The notes under the pieces: generated by a model
Seen by the model: only the letters and a program-made list of their open reading frames with translations
Told to the model about the DNA's origin: nothing
Database searches by the model: none
Part shown: piece by piece, positions 9,749-19,314 of the stretch
How the letters are laid out: each line of letters begins with the position of its first letter
Position numbering within the stretch: the first letter of the stretch is position 1
Assembly: GCA_965198225.1 (NCBI GenBank)
Contig: CBDAOY010000007.1
Location: forward strand, 990,045-1,054,044
Origin: Terriglobia bacterium
GTDB lineage: Bacteria; Acidobacteriota; Terriglobia; 20CM-2-55-15
DNA length: 64,000 bases
Reading direction: 5' to 3'
Program-made: the position numbers and the translations under genes

Positions 9749-10246
9749 GGCTCGTTTTAGTTACAAGTAGGCCGTTGTCCGTTATTGTGGCAAATGACTC
9801 GTAGCCGTAAGCTGATCGCTGATGGCCAACTGACCGCCGGCCGGCTGCAGGCCATAGCTATCACCGGCCGCATCGCCGCCACGTGCCACAACAACGGCCT
9901 ACGGATAACGACCTACATCACTCCCACCAACTCATCCTGGCCGGGGACCCGGCGGTGAAGGCAGTCCAGAATATGTAATCGTCGTGTCGCATGGTCCGTT
10001 TCGTTACAAGTAGGCCGTTATCCGTAGGCCGTTATTGTGGTAAATGACTCGTGGCCGGAAGCTGATCGCTGATGGCCGACTTACCCGCCGGCCGGCGGCA
10101 GTCTGGCCACGAGCTATCATCGACCGCTTAGCTGGGACGTGCCACAACAACGGCCTACGGATAACGGCCTACGGCCGCGTCAGCGGCCCAACGGCCTACG
10201 GATAACGACTCACGGCCGCGCCAGCGGCCCAACGGCCTACGCTCAA
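9749..10246. repeat. tandemly duplicated ~235-250 bp block. It carries REP/MITE-like inverted repeats of GTAGGCCGTTATCCGTAGGCCGTTATTGTGG and CCACAACAACGGCCTACGGATAACGGCCTAC, plus a degenerate second copy of the kinase 5' end.
   Basis: Block 9690-9920 aligns with 9941-10170 at about 85% identity. The second copy encodes a pseudo-start MRHDDYIFWTAFTAG.... The GGCCTACGGATAACG motif also occurs at 22297, 28721, 28782 and 28858. Confidence 0.7.
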
Positions 10247-11617
10247 TCACAACTCGTATCTTTGTATCCGCCTGTACAACGCGCTCCGGCTCAACCCCAG
10301 GGCCTTCGCCGCCTGGCTGACGTTGTTGTCGTACCGCGCGAGAGCCTTGCGGATCAGGAACGCTTCGACCTCCTCCAGGCTCATGTCTTCGACCCGGCCC
10401 GCGGTTTCACGGCCATCGTGCAGACCCAGATCGGCCGAGGTGATCATCTCTCCCTGCGCCATCAGGACGGCCCGCTCGATGGCATGGTCCAGTTCACGAA
10501 CGTTACCCGGCCACGGGTGGTCGACGAGGATCGGCAGTGCTGACGGATCGATACCACGAACCGGCTTGCGATACCGTTTTGCGTAGGTGTTCAAGAAGTG
10601 GATCGCCAGTGGCCGTATATCGTCGCGACGGTCTTTGAGGGAGGGCAGGCGAATCTCGATCGTATTCAGTCGAAACAGCAGGTCCGGGCGGAATCGTCCT
10701 TCGGCAGCTTCCTTGACCAGGTTCGCGTTCGTGGCCGACAGGACACGCACGTTCACGTTGCGTGTCTTGGACGAGCCGACGCGTTCCAACTCCCCGGATT
10801 CCAGGACGCGCAGCAGTTTGGCTTGCTGGGTCAGCGGAACGTTGGCGATCTCGTCGAGAAAGAGCGTTCCGCCGTTGGCCAGCTCAAAGCGCCCGACGCG
10901 GTCGGTCTTGGCATCGGTAAAAGCGCCTTTCACGTGTCCGAACAACTCGCTTTCGAAAACACCTTCCGCAAGTCCGCCGACGTTCACCGTGACCATGGTG
11001 TTCGACGCGCGTTCCGACAGCGCGTGGATGGTGCGTGCGACCACTTCCTTGCCGGTTCCGTGTTCACCTGTGATCAGCACGTTGGCGTCGGAGGGCGCAA
11101 TCCGTGTCATCAACTGGAGCACGGGTTGCATCGTAGCGGACTCGGCGATGAAGCTCGGCCGTCCCTCCGCGCGCAGCAATCGGTTCTCCGCTTCGAGTCG
11201 CTGCTCGTTCCGCAACGTTCGGCAGAGTTCGATCTGCGTGCGCACGATCGCCAGGAGGCGGGGGTTTTCCCACGGCTTCTGGATGAAATCCCGGGCCCCA
11301 CGACGCATTGCCTCGACGGCCAGCTCGATCGTACCCCAGGCCGTCATCACGACCACGGGCAGAGTGCTGTCGATGGTGCTGATTTTGGTCAGCAGGTCGA
11401 GTCCCTCCTGCCCGGAGGTGGTGTCCCTGGCGTAATTGAGATCCACGATCGCGACGTCGAAATCGCGCGCTTCGATCGCACTGAGGATACCCGACGGCGT
11501 CGTCGCGGCCTCGGTTCGATACCCTTCAGCCTTCAACAGAAGCCGCAGGGCCTCGAGGACGTCGGACTGATCATCCGCAATCAAGACCTGGGCCGGGGAA
11601 GCGCTTCGGTTTCTCAT
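10247..11617 (-). CDS. sigma54-dependent response regulator, NtrC/Fis family (REC + AAA+ sigma54 activator + HTH)
   Basis: It contains the REC aspartate pocket, GEHGTGKE, GAFTDA, ESELFGH and a C-terminal Fis-type HTH. Confidence 0.9.
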   Translation of the reverse strand: MRNRSASPAQVLIADDQSDVLEALRLLLKAEGYRTEAATTPSGILSAIEARDFDVAIVDLNYARDTTSGQEGLDLLTKISTIDSTLPVVVMTAWGTIELAVEAMRRGARDFIQKPWENPRLLAIVRTQIELCRTLRNEQRLEAENRLLRAEGRPSFIAESATMQPVLQLMTRIAPSDANVLITGEHGTGKEVVARTIHALSERASNTMVTVNVGGLAEGVFESELFGHVKGAFTDAKTDRVGRFELANGGTLFLDEIANVPLTQQAKLLRVLESGELERVGSSKTRNVNVRVLSATNANLVKEAAEGRFRPDLLFRLNTIEIRLPSLKDRRDDIRPLAIHFLNTYAKRYRKPVRGIDPSALPILVDHPWPGNVRELDHAIERAVLMAQGEMITSADLGLHDGRETAGRVEDMSLEEVEAFLIRKALARYDNNVSQAAKALGLSRSALYRRIQRYEL

Positions 11618-11763
11618 GGTGTCAATCAGGTGATCCTTAAGGTTTCCCGTTTCGGTCGTCGCACGGTGGCTTCCTTTTGTTTAGATTGTATCTCATTGAT
11701 AAGAATGTCCTTAAACTTTCCGGGAGGGAGGGTGCGTCGAGTGGGGTGTTCAGCGACGACAAC

Positions 11764-11817
11764 GGGTGTTCGAAAACGAACACCCGATCTCGCGTTCTCG
11801 TGTTCGAACCCGAACAC
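11764..11817. promoter_or_regulatory. two adjacent palindromic operator-like sites, GTGTTCG-N4-CGAACAC
   Basis: GGGTGTTCGAAAACGAACACCC lies at 11764-11785 and GTGTTCGAACCCGAACAC at 11800-11817. They sit in the AT-richer region upstream of the NtrC-like gene. Confidence 0.4.
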
Positions 11818-11873
11818 GCTTTGTCTTTAAGGTTGAGAGCCCAATGCAGCAAGATCGGACCGGGCCAGCAGCC

Positions 11874-12536
11874 CTAATCCCGGACCCACCCGTCGAAGAG
11901 CTGGATGATCCGATCGCCGCAGGCCGCGTTGGACTCGGAGTGAGTGACCTGTATGATAGTCGCCCCTTCGTCGTTCAGTTTCTTGAACAGCTCCATGATT
12001 TCGCGGCCCTGGCTGGAGTGCAGGTTGCCAGTTGGCTCGTCGGCGAGGATAACCTTCGGATCGGCGATCACGGCGCGCGCAACGGCGACGAGTTGCTGTT
12101 GACCGCCTGAGAGCTGGTTCGGGAAGAGGTCCTTCTTGCCGACCATCTGAAAACGGTCGAGCGCGTCGGCGACGATGGCCTGGCGTTCGCTACGTTTGAT
12201 GTTCCGGTAGGAGAGGGGAATGTCCAGGTTCTCGGCCACCGTCAGGCTGTCGAGCAGATGGTACTGCTGGAACACGAAGCCGATGTATTGCTTGTTCAGC
12301 TCGACTCGCTGCTTGGGTTTCATGCGGTGGACGGCGTTTTCCAGGAAGAAGAACTCTCCCTGCCAGGAACTGTCGAGCATGCCGAGTATCGCCAGGATCG
12401 TGGACTTGCCGGCCCCGGACGGTCCCATGACCGTCACGAACTCCCCTTGCTTGATGTCCAGATTGATCCGGCGCAGGACGTATGTTCGCCCGGCGCGCGT
12501 GTCGTAGAACTTTTCGAGATTTCGCAGTTGAATCAT
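11874..12536 (-). CDS. ABC transporter ATP-binding protein (MacB/LolD-type NBD, stand-alone)
   Basis: It has Walker A GPSGAGKST, the signature LSGGQQQ and Walker B ILADEPTGNL. Confidence 0.9.
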   Translation of the reverse strand: MIQLRNLEKFYDTRAGRTYVLRRINLDIKQGEFVTVMGPSGAGKSTILAILGMLDSSWQGEFFFLENAVHRMKPKQRVELNKQYIGFVFQQYHLLDSLTVAENLDIPLSYRNIKRSERQAIVADALDRFQMVGKKDLFPNQLSGGQQQLVAVARAVIADPKVILADEPTGNLHSSQGREIMELFKKLNDEGATIIQVTHSESNAACGDRIIQLFDGWVRD

Positions 12537-12549
12537 TCAGGGGGCGAAC

Positions 12550-13251
12550 CTACTCGCCCGCACCGATGCTTTCTTCGACGATGGCGCCGTCGAAGAGGTG
12601 GATTTCCCGTTCCGCGTAGCGCGCATACCGCGGGTCGTGCGTCACCATGCAGATCGTCGCGCCTTCCCGGTGGAGGCCGCGCATCAGATCCATGACCGCT
12701 TCACCGTTCTTGGAATCGAGGTTTCCAGTCGGCTCATCCGCCAGCAGGATCGAGGGTGTTCCACCCAAGGCGCGAGCCACCGCGACCCGCTGCTGCTGAC
12801 CACCCGACAACTGCGACGGGTAGTGCTTCATCCGGTGGGCCATCTCGACCTTGTCGAGCGCTTCCTGGACGGCCTTCTTCCGTTCGCTCGAGGGCATCCC
12901 GCGGTAGGTCAGAGGCAGTTCCACGTTTTCATAAACGGTGAGGTCGCCGATGAGGTTGAACGCCTGGAAGATGAAACCGACCTCCCGGTTTCGGATCCGC
13001 GCTCTCTCCGACAGAGACAGGTCAGCGACGGCTTTTCCGCTGAGCCAGTATTCGCCTTCTGTGGGCGAATCCAACAGACCCAGGATCGAAAGCAGCGTCG
13101 ATTTACCACAACCCGACGGGCCGGAAATCGACACGTACTCGCCCTTGTTGATGTTCAGGTGAATCCCCGCCAGCGCGTGAGTCTCCACTTCGTCGGTGTA
13201 GAAGATCTTTTTCACATCCTCCATCTGAATTACCGCTTGCTGCTCTGTCAT
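12550..13251 (-). CDS. ABC transporter ATP-binding protein (second stand-alone MacB/LolD-type NBD)
   Basis: It has [24 protein letters not shown] and LLADEPTGNLD. Confidence 0.9.
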   Translation of the reverse strand: MTEQQAVIQMEDVKKIFYTDEVETHALAGIHLNINKGEYVSISGPSGCGKSTLLSILGLLDSPTEGEYWLSGKAVADLSLSERARIRNREVGFIFQAFNLIGDLTVYENVELPLTYRGMPSSERKKAVQEALDKVEMAHRMKHYPSQLSGGQQQRVAVARALGGTPSILLADEPTGNLDSKNGEAVMDLMRGLHREGATICMVTHDPRYARYAEREIHLFDGAIVEESIGAGE

Positions 13252-13309
13252 TCTTCTCTCCTGCGCTCAATGATGATTTCGATTCTTGTGACGCAACCCT
13301 TTTCTCTGA

Positions 13310-14560
13310 TCAATTCAGTTGGACGCGATCGAACGCATCCCAGGCAGACATGTCGGAGAGGATCACTTCGTCTCCAACGTTGAGCCCCTGGACGATCTCC
13401 ATCGTGCTTACCGACGTCCGGCCCAGCCGGACCTGTGTCCGGACGGCTTCACCGTCAATGCCGAGCCTGAAGATCCCAACCAGGCTGTTTGCCTGTCCGT
13501 ACGCCGGCCGTCCGACGTAGAGGACATCTTCCAGGCGTTCGATCTCGACCGTGCCATCGACACTCAAGTCCGGGCGGGCTCCGCGGGGCAACTCCCCGTC
13601 GAGCCTGACGTCCACTTTGACCGTTCCGTTCAGCACCGCCGGGTCGATCCGGATCACCGTGCCGGGGATGACCCCGTTCCGGGTGTCGATGGAGGCAAAC
13701 TGCCCGACCTGGATGTCCTTGGCCTGAGTCTCTGCGATGTTCAGTTCGGCTTTGAGCTTTCCGGGTTCGGCCACTCGCGCGATCCGGCTGCCCGGCGAGA
13801 GGCGGTCACCGACCTCGATCGGAACCTGTTGCAGCACGCCGTGGATTCCGGCACGTACCCTCAGTTTTTCCAGCTCAGTCAGCCGGAGCTCGTATAGAGC
13901 ATTCAACTGTTCGATGCGGGCTTCCTGCGCTGCCAGCTGAGCTTCGGCGGCCTGCGAAGCGATTTCCAACCGCTGCCCCTCCAGCTTGAGCCGTTCGCTG
14001 AGCTGCTCGGCGTCGACGCGCGACTTGTTCAAGTTCAGTTCCGCGATCAAGCCCTCTTTTGCCAGCTCGGCATCGGCTTCATATTGCAGCCTGGCGCTGT
14101 TGGCCTGGCCTTCGATTGCAGCGGCCCCGGCCCGCTGGGTCAGCAGGTTGCTCTGAAGCTGGACCCGCAGGTTGGCCAGTTCGGCCTCAGCGACGCGGAT
14201 CTGGAGCGCGACGTCCAGCGTGGTCTGTTCCAGGTCGGGGTTGCTCAGCTCAACCACAACCGTCGCCGGGTCGACCGTGACGCCCGGCAGGACGACGATT
14301 CGTTCCACGAGTCCTTCCGTCGTGGCGGCGATCCACCGAATTTCCTCGGGCACGAGTTTGCCGAGTCCCCGAACCTGGCGGAGCATCTCACCTCGTTCCA
14401 CGGTGTCGATGTACACGGTCGCGCGATCGACCCGTGGCGCCGCCGGCTTCAATCGGGACAGACCCAGGGTGATGCCGGAACCGACAAGGATCACCAGCGT
14501 TCCATAGACGATGCGCTTGATCCGCTTCTTTCTGGCTTGAGATGGGCGGGGTTTATCCAT
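13310..14560 (-). CDS. HlyD/MacA-family periplasmic adaptor (membrane fusion protein)
   Basis: It has an N-terminal TM segment and a long coiled-coil hairpin, consistent with lipoyl/beta-barrel MFP architecture. Confidence 0.8.
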   Translation of the reverse strand: MDKPRPSQARKKRIKRIVYGTLVILVGSGITLGLSRLKPAAPRVDRATVYIDTVERGEMLRQVRGLGKLVPEEIRWIAATTEGLVERIVVLPGVTVDPATVVVELSNPDLEQTTLDVALQIRVAEAELANLRVQLQSNLLTQRAGAAAIEGQANSARLQYEADAELAKEGLIAELNLNKSRVDAEQLSERLKLEGQRLEIASQAAEAQLAAQEARIEQLNALYELRLTELEKLRVRAGIHGVLQQVPIEVGDRLSPGSRIARVAEPGKLKAELNIAETQAKDIQVGQFASIDTRNGVIPGTVIRIDPAVLNGTVKVDVRLDGELPRGARPDLSVDGTVEIERLEDVLYVGRPAYGQANSLVGIFRLGIDGEAVRTQVRLGRTSVSTMEIVQGLNVGDEVILSDMSAWDAFDRVQLN

Positions 14561-14723
14561 AAGTCCTCCGATGGTGGATATGCGAATCGCGTTCCAGTCT
14601 GCTGTTTCTGTTAAGTCTATCTGTTTTCATCACTTCCACTTCGTCGAATCCACTAAACCAGGACGCAAGGTGTTCGCTTCTGGGATTGCATTCAGCGAAA
14701 GCGAACGTGTTCACAACCTCGTC

Positions 14724-16436
14724 CTACTGCTGTCCAGCCACTCCCCGGGTTTGCACACTCGCCAGCGAGGGGCGTAACTGCTGCTCGATCTGGATATTGT
14801 TCCGTTCTAGCGTCCGACCCACGGCGCGGTCATAGGACACCACGGCCTTGACGTAATCGACGAGGGACCGGATTTCGGTCGTTTGCGCCTGGGTCAGGTT
14901 CCGCTGCTCCTGCAGCACGAAACGGATCGCCGATGCACCCAATCGGAATTTTCGCTGTTCGGCATCCAGGCGCCGCTCGGCCAGTTCCCTGGCGATCTGC
15001 GCCGCATCGATCCGGGCACGGTTCATCTCGATCTGGTTGTAGGCGTCCCGGACCTCGGTGGCGATCGCCTGCGCGGTTGCGGCCATACGCGATTCGTTGA
15101 GCCGCTTTTGGGTGGTCAACCGCGAATGGTTGGCCTTAGCCGACTTGTTGCTCAACGGAATCTGGAGCGAGAAGCCTACGGAGTAGCCAGTGAAGTCGAA
15201 GCCAAAGATGTCTTCGAACGCACCGCCGATTCCGCCGGGGACCTGTATCACCGAACCCGTGGGTTCTCCGAACACGTTGCCGCGAAGATTCCTCGTTCCG
15301 CCCAATCCGCTCTGAGTGTAGGATGCGCTGACATCCAACTGCGGCAGCAGCTGATTCTTAGCGAACGCGAGGTCGATATCGTTGTTCTGGACCTGCAGGT
15401 CGATCTGTCGCATTTCGGGCCGATTCAGCAGCGCCAGCCGAATCGCCTCCTCGACCGGCAGGATCTGGTCCTCGCGGCGTCCGCGGACATCTTCGATCGG
15501 ATTCAGCGACATCAGGACCAGAGCGGGATCGGGAACCCGGCTGACCATCTTCTTGATGCTGTCCTCGATCCGGGTTTTGGAGTAGTTCGCCAGAACCAGC
15601 CCCTCGCGACGGCTGGCCACCTCCGATTCCGCCTGAACGACTTCGATCGGTGCAAGGGTACCGATCTCGACCTGCTTGCGGTTGTCGTCGAGCGTACGCT
15701 GGGCCAGTTGCAGGGACTCTTGCTGGACCTTGATATCCTCCAGTGAGAAGACGAGGTCCCAGTAGAGGTTGTGAGCCTGGGTTACGAGGTCCATGACCTG
15801 CATTTCAAATTGAATCTCGGAAATATTCAGATTGTTCCGGGCGATCCGAATCTGGTTGGTGTTGTTGAGCCGGCCGAAGTTCCTCAACAGCGGCTGCGAG
15901 AACGAGTACTGCAGGCTGCCGAAGTAGGAGGGGTTTACCGAACTGAACAGGCTGTTGGTCGAACTTCGGTTCATCTGGAACCGCACCTGGTACGACGTTC
16001 CATGTTCGAGGAAGTGGTTGTACGTCACGGCGTAGTTTCCGCCCAGCCTCGAATTGGATGCCGCACCGTCCAGCGCGGATCCTGACGGCGTCGTGTTGCG
16101 GTTTATGTTGCCCGACAGCGTGAGCGTCGGATCAAACCGCCCGTAAAGCGTGTTGATCAGGTATTCCGTGGTCAACGGCGAAAAACGGTTCACACCGATG
16201 TCCATGTTGTTTTCCAGCATGAGCCGGATGACATCGTTCACCGAGAGAGGCAGGCCGCCATCCTGCTGGACCATTGCAACCAGCGATGCCGGTGGCGCGT
16301 CGGTTGTTTCCAGGGCAGCCAGACCGATTTGCGGCGGCCGGTACCGATCCAGGAAACCGGTCACCCAGTTCTGTGCGGAGGCGGTGGAACCCAGCAGCAG
16401 TACCCAGAGGGCGACCAAAGTCACATATTTTTTCAT
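14724..16436 (-). CDS. TolC-like outer membrane efflux protein (OEP family)
   Basis: The start was chosen at MKKYVTLVALWVLLLGSTASAQ, which has an AGGAG RBS 8 nt upstream. The track ORF starts 15 codons earlier. It has two OEP repeat halves. Confidence 0.8.
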   Translation of the reverse strand: MKKYVTLVALWVLLLGSTASAQNWVTGFLDRYRPPQIGLAALETTDAPPASLVAMVQQDGGLPLSVNDVIRLMLENNMDIGVNRFSPLTTEYLINTLYGRFDPTLTLSGNINRNTTPSGSALDGAASNSRLGGNYAVTYNHFLEHGTSYQVRFQMNRSSTNSLFSSVNPSYFGSLQYSFSQPLLRNFGRLNNTNQIRIARNNLNISEIQFEMQVMDLVTQAHNLYWDLVFSLEDIKVQQESLQLAQRTLDDNRKQVEIGTLAPIEVVQAESEVASRREGLVLANYSKTRIEDSIKKMVSRVPDPALVLMSLNPIEDVRGRREDQILPVEEAIRLALLNRPEMRQIDLQVQNNDIDLAFAKNQLLPQLDVSASYTQSGLGGTRNLRGNVFGEPTGSVIQVPGGIGGAFEDIFGFDFTGYSVGFSLQIPLSNKSAKANHSRLTTQKRLNESRMAATAQAIATEVRDAYNQIEMNRARIDAAQIARELAERRLDAEQRKFRLGASAIRFVLQEQRNLTQAQTTEIRSLVDYVKAVVSYDRAVGRTLERNNIQIEQQLRPSLASVQTRGVAGQQ

Positions 16437-16589
16437 TGAGATACTCCTAGGAACTCGTGCAATAAGGTGCGTCTTAATCAATCATCAAGCTCTTACGCCG
16501 CGGACGGGCGATCCGTTACGTCCGGAGGGCCTATTTAAAAGAAGTTAACAACATTCGCGACCGAATTCCACTGCCCCGGGGGTTTCTCC

Positions 16590-17387
16590 CTACAGGCCAC
16601 TGGACCGGCGCAGCCGGATCGCTCCGTTCACTGTCTTGAGGCGGAGATCCCGTCCGCCGTTTCCGATCGTCCCGTTCAGCCGTCGGCTTCCGAAGCGTCC
16701 CGACACGGTCATCGGGAAATCGCTGGAAATTCCGCCGTTCAGAGTTTCGGCCCGGACGTCTGCGTTGGTGTTGTCTGGGAGTTCAACCGTGATGCGACCG
16801 TTGACGGTTTCGAAAGTCAGGTCGTCCTGCCAGTCGCTCCGTCCCATCGAAACATCGATCGATCCGTTCACGGTCTTTGCCTGAACCAGCCCGGTGGCCG
16901 ATACCTCGACCTGGCCGTTTACGGTGTAGGCCTCGACGTCACCGTCGATCGAGTTGGCCTCGACACCGCCGTTCACGTTGCGTCCGATGAAACGTACACC
17001 CGCCGGAACCCGGACCGTGAAGTCCACTTCCACATCGTTGTCGTGCGTGTTCATGCGGCCGTCTGTGCCGGGTCTGCAATCGTTGGCTCGATCAGAGTTC
17101 CGACTCGGGTATACCGCGCAGATCGTGACGCCGTCGTCGTGCTCTATCGTCTCGATCTGGACAGAGTCGACGTCGCTACGGCGCGAGCTCTTGTTTGCGA
17201 CGACCTGCACCTGATTGCCCGATGCGGATGACGCTTCGACCTTACCGTTGATACCTTTGATTTCGATCGCTTTGCCGGCTGCGATCGTTCCTTCCCATTC
17301 GAAGCGTTCCTGTGCGAACGCGGATGGAATGCCGATGGTGGTGGCCATTCCCAGGACCAGGGCGGTTCGAGTCAGTGTCTGGTACAT
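16590..17387 (-). CDS. DUF4097-family secreted beta-helix (putative adhesin-like) protein
   Basis: It has a signal peptide (MYQTLTRTALVLGMATTIGIPSAFA) with an AAGGAG RBS. VNGxIxV beta-helix repeats are present. Confidence 0.75.
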   Translation of the reverse strand: MYQTLTRTALVLGMATTIGIPSAFAQERFEWEGTIAAGKAIEIKGINGKVEASSASGNQVQVVANKSSRRSDVDSVQIETIEHDDGVTICAVYPSRNSDRANDCRPGTDGRMNTHDNDVEVDFTVRVPAGVRFIGRNVNGGVEANSIDGDVEAYTVNGQVEVSATGLVQAKTVNGSIDVSMGRSDWQDDLTFETVNGRITVELPDNTNADVRAETLNGGISSDFPMTVSGRFGSRRLNGTIGNGGRDLRLKTVNGAIRLRRSSGL

Positions 17388-17705
17388 TTCTCTCTCCTTC
17401 ACGATATTGAGTGCACTTACGGGCAGGGTTACCCGAATGTTCAATACCGTCCACCAGTCCATCGGTTACGCCCGGTTCGGGATTCGCGAGTGCGATCGGT
17501 CGCAAATCGTCGTCCGGTCGCCTGCATGCTCGCATGCGCATCTCCCGTTCCATCGTTCCGATTCACGTAATTCGTTGAAAGCAATACGGCAATGGTTCAC
17601 CCGCGGGTGATGCCCCGCTGTCCCCGTGCCCGTCTGTGGGACGGCCGGTCCGAAAACGAACAGTGGAGTCGAGCAGGGCTGAATTCAGTCTGACGGACGC
17701 GGCGT

Positions 17706-18170
17706 TTACCGGCGCTCGCGAAAAAAGCGCTGCAGGAGATCCCTACATTCGACCCCGCGGACCCCTCCGAGCACTTCAATGCGGTGGTTCAGTCTCGCGT
17801 CGCGGGGCAGGTCGTAGAGCGATCCTGCCGCCCCCGCCTTGGGGTCGGACGCCCCGAACACGAGGCGATCGATCCGGGCGTGCGTCATCGCTCCGGCGCA
17901 CATCGGGCAGGGCTCCAACGTCACATAAAGGATCGTGCGTGCGAGCCGATAGTTGTCCAGCCGGTCGGACGCTTCGCGTATGGCGTTGATTTCGGCATGA
18001 GCCGTAGGATCTTTCAAACCTATCGGACAGTTGCGACCGCGTCCGACGACCTCTCCATCACGAACCACGATGGCGCCGATCGGGACTTCCCCGGCGTTCC
18101 CGGCTTCTTCGGCGAGCCCGAGTGCCAGTCCCATGAAATAGGGGTCATCGGATTGTCGGTCTGGAGGCAT
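17706..18170 (-). CDS. tadA: tRNA-specific adenosine deaminase
   Basis: It has the zinc-binding motifs HAEINAI and PCPMCAGA. Confidence 0.9.
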   Translation of the reverse strand: MPPDRQSDDPYFMGLALGLAEEAGNAGEVPIGAIVVRDGEVVGRGRNCPIGLKDPTAHAEINAIREASDRLDNYRLARTILYVTLEPCPMCAGAMTHARIDRLVFGASDPKAGAAGSLYDLPRDARLNHRIEVLGGVRGVECRDLLQRFFRERR

Positions 18171-18191
18171 GATTGCAGTAGAATCTAATCA

Positions 18192-19139
18192 ATGCGTCGT
18201 TTTGTGCTGATGGTAACACTCCTGGTCTTTGCCGCTCCGCTTTCGGCCCAGGGCATCCGGATGACTCCGGATTTTCTGCCCCTGGAAGTCGGAAACGTCT
18301 GGCGCTATGCCGTGACCGACCCGGATGGAGCGACGCTTGACGAGTTCACGATGGAGATCCGACAGCACACCATCGTGGAGGGGAAGAGCCTCTATGTCTT
18401 CACCCAGTTCCCGCTCGCACCCGGAATCGACGGGGGTGTCCCCGTGGGAGTGCGTCACGATCGAAACCTGCGCCAGTACAAGCGTTTTGACGGGGAGCTC
18501 GAAGAAGATCTGTTCCCCTCGGCCGGCGCTTCGACCGAGGTCCTCGAAAGAGACGCAAACGGGTTGCCCTTGAGGGTTGTGTTCGACTTCAGCCCGGGCC
18601 GGCTGACACTGGAGCGGGGCGTCGGCATCGTCGGGGCGGAGGCCGGGCTTCAGGTGATCAAGCTGGTCGGAGCTCGCGTAGGCGCGGTCGCGATCGGCGA
18701 GGTCGTTACGCGATCCCCGGGTCCGCAGGAGACCGCGCGGCCCGATTACCGGGACAACGTCGTCCCGATCACCGAGGAAAACCCGATGCTGGAGGTCGAA
18801 ACCGTCCAGGACGGAGACGGCCATCGCTTTCTGCTCCGGGTCCGGAACACGTCAGACAAGTTGTTGCCTTTTGATTTTTCTTCGAGCCAGAGCTTCGATT
18901 TCGTCGTGGTCGACCCAACCCACGGGCAGGAGATCTGGCGTTGGTCGCGCCGGATGTTCTTTTCCAAGGTCATCCGCAGCGAGGCGATTCGGGCACGTGG
19001 CGAGTGGGTGTTCGAAGCCGTATGGAATCATCGCGACGACAGCATGAACGAAGTCGAGCCCGGTACTTATCAGGTCTTCGCCGTCCTGACTGCTGAAACC
19101 CCTATCGAATCGGAAGCCTTCGACATCGAGGTCCCGTAG
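18192..19139 (+). CDS. secreted protein with a C-terminal BsuPI-like (intracellular proteinase inhibitor) domain
   Basis: It has a signal peptide. The C-terminal ...FDFSSSQSFDFVVVDPTHGQEIWRWSRRMFF...PGTYQVFAVL resembles the BsuPI fold signature. Confidence 0.6.
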   Translation: MRRFVLMVTLLVFAAPLSAQGIRMTPDFLPLEVGNVWRYAVTDPDGATLDEFTMEIRQHTIVEGKSLYVFTQFPLAPGIDGGVPVGVRHDRNLRQYKRFDGELEEDLFPSAGASTEVLERDANGLPLRVVFDFSPGRLTLERGVGIVGAEAGLQVIKLVGARVGAVAIGEVVTRSPGPQETARPDYRDNVVPITEENPMLEVETVQDGDGHRFLLRVRNTSDKLLPFDFSSSQSFDFVVVDPTHGQEIWRWSRRMFFSKVIRSEAIRARGEWVFEAVWNHRDDSMNEVEPGTYQVFAVLTAETPIESEAFDIEVP

Positions 19140-19167
19140 CCCGGACTCCCAGACAATTGGGACAATT

Positions 19168-19242
19168 CGGGGACGGAGACCGAATTCGTGGGGTCCGTAA
19201 CCGAACGGTTTAATGGTCCGGGTAATTCGGTCTCCGTCCCCG
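19168..19242. other. perfect 19-bp inverted repeat (CGGGGACGGAGACCGAATT / AATTCGGTCTCCGTCCCCG) with a 37-nt structured loop
   Basis: Seen directly in the sequence, it lies between the BsuPI-like gene and the M20 peptidase gene. No T-tract follows it. Confidence 0.6.
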
Positions 19243-19314
19243 ATCTCAACGCTTCGATCGTGGCCTTGGCGTATTCGGGTGAGAAATGCGCGGCAGCGTC
19301 TATACTGATCGCCG

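Noticed and set aside
11798-11820. GTTCGAACC, resembling a tRNA T-loop
   Set aside because: It is part of a perfect palindrome (GTGTTCGAACCCGAACAC). It has no acceptor or anticodon stems around it.
10587-11830. 282-aa and 410-aa plus-strand ORFs
   Set aside because: They are antisense shadows of the NtrC-family regulator gene, which has unambiguous domain motifs on the minus strand.
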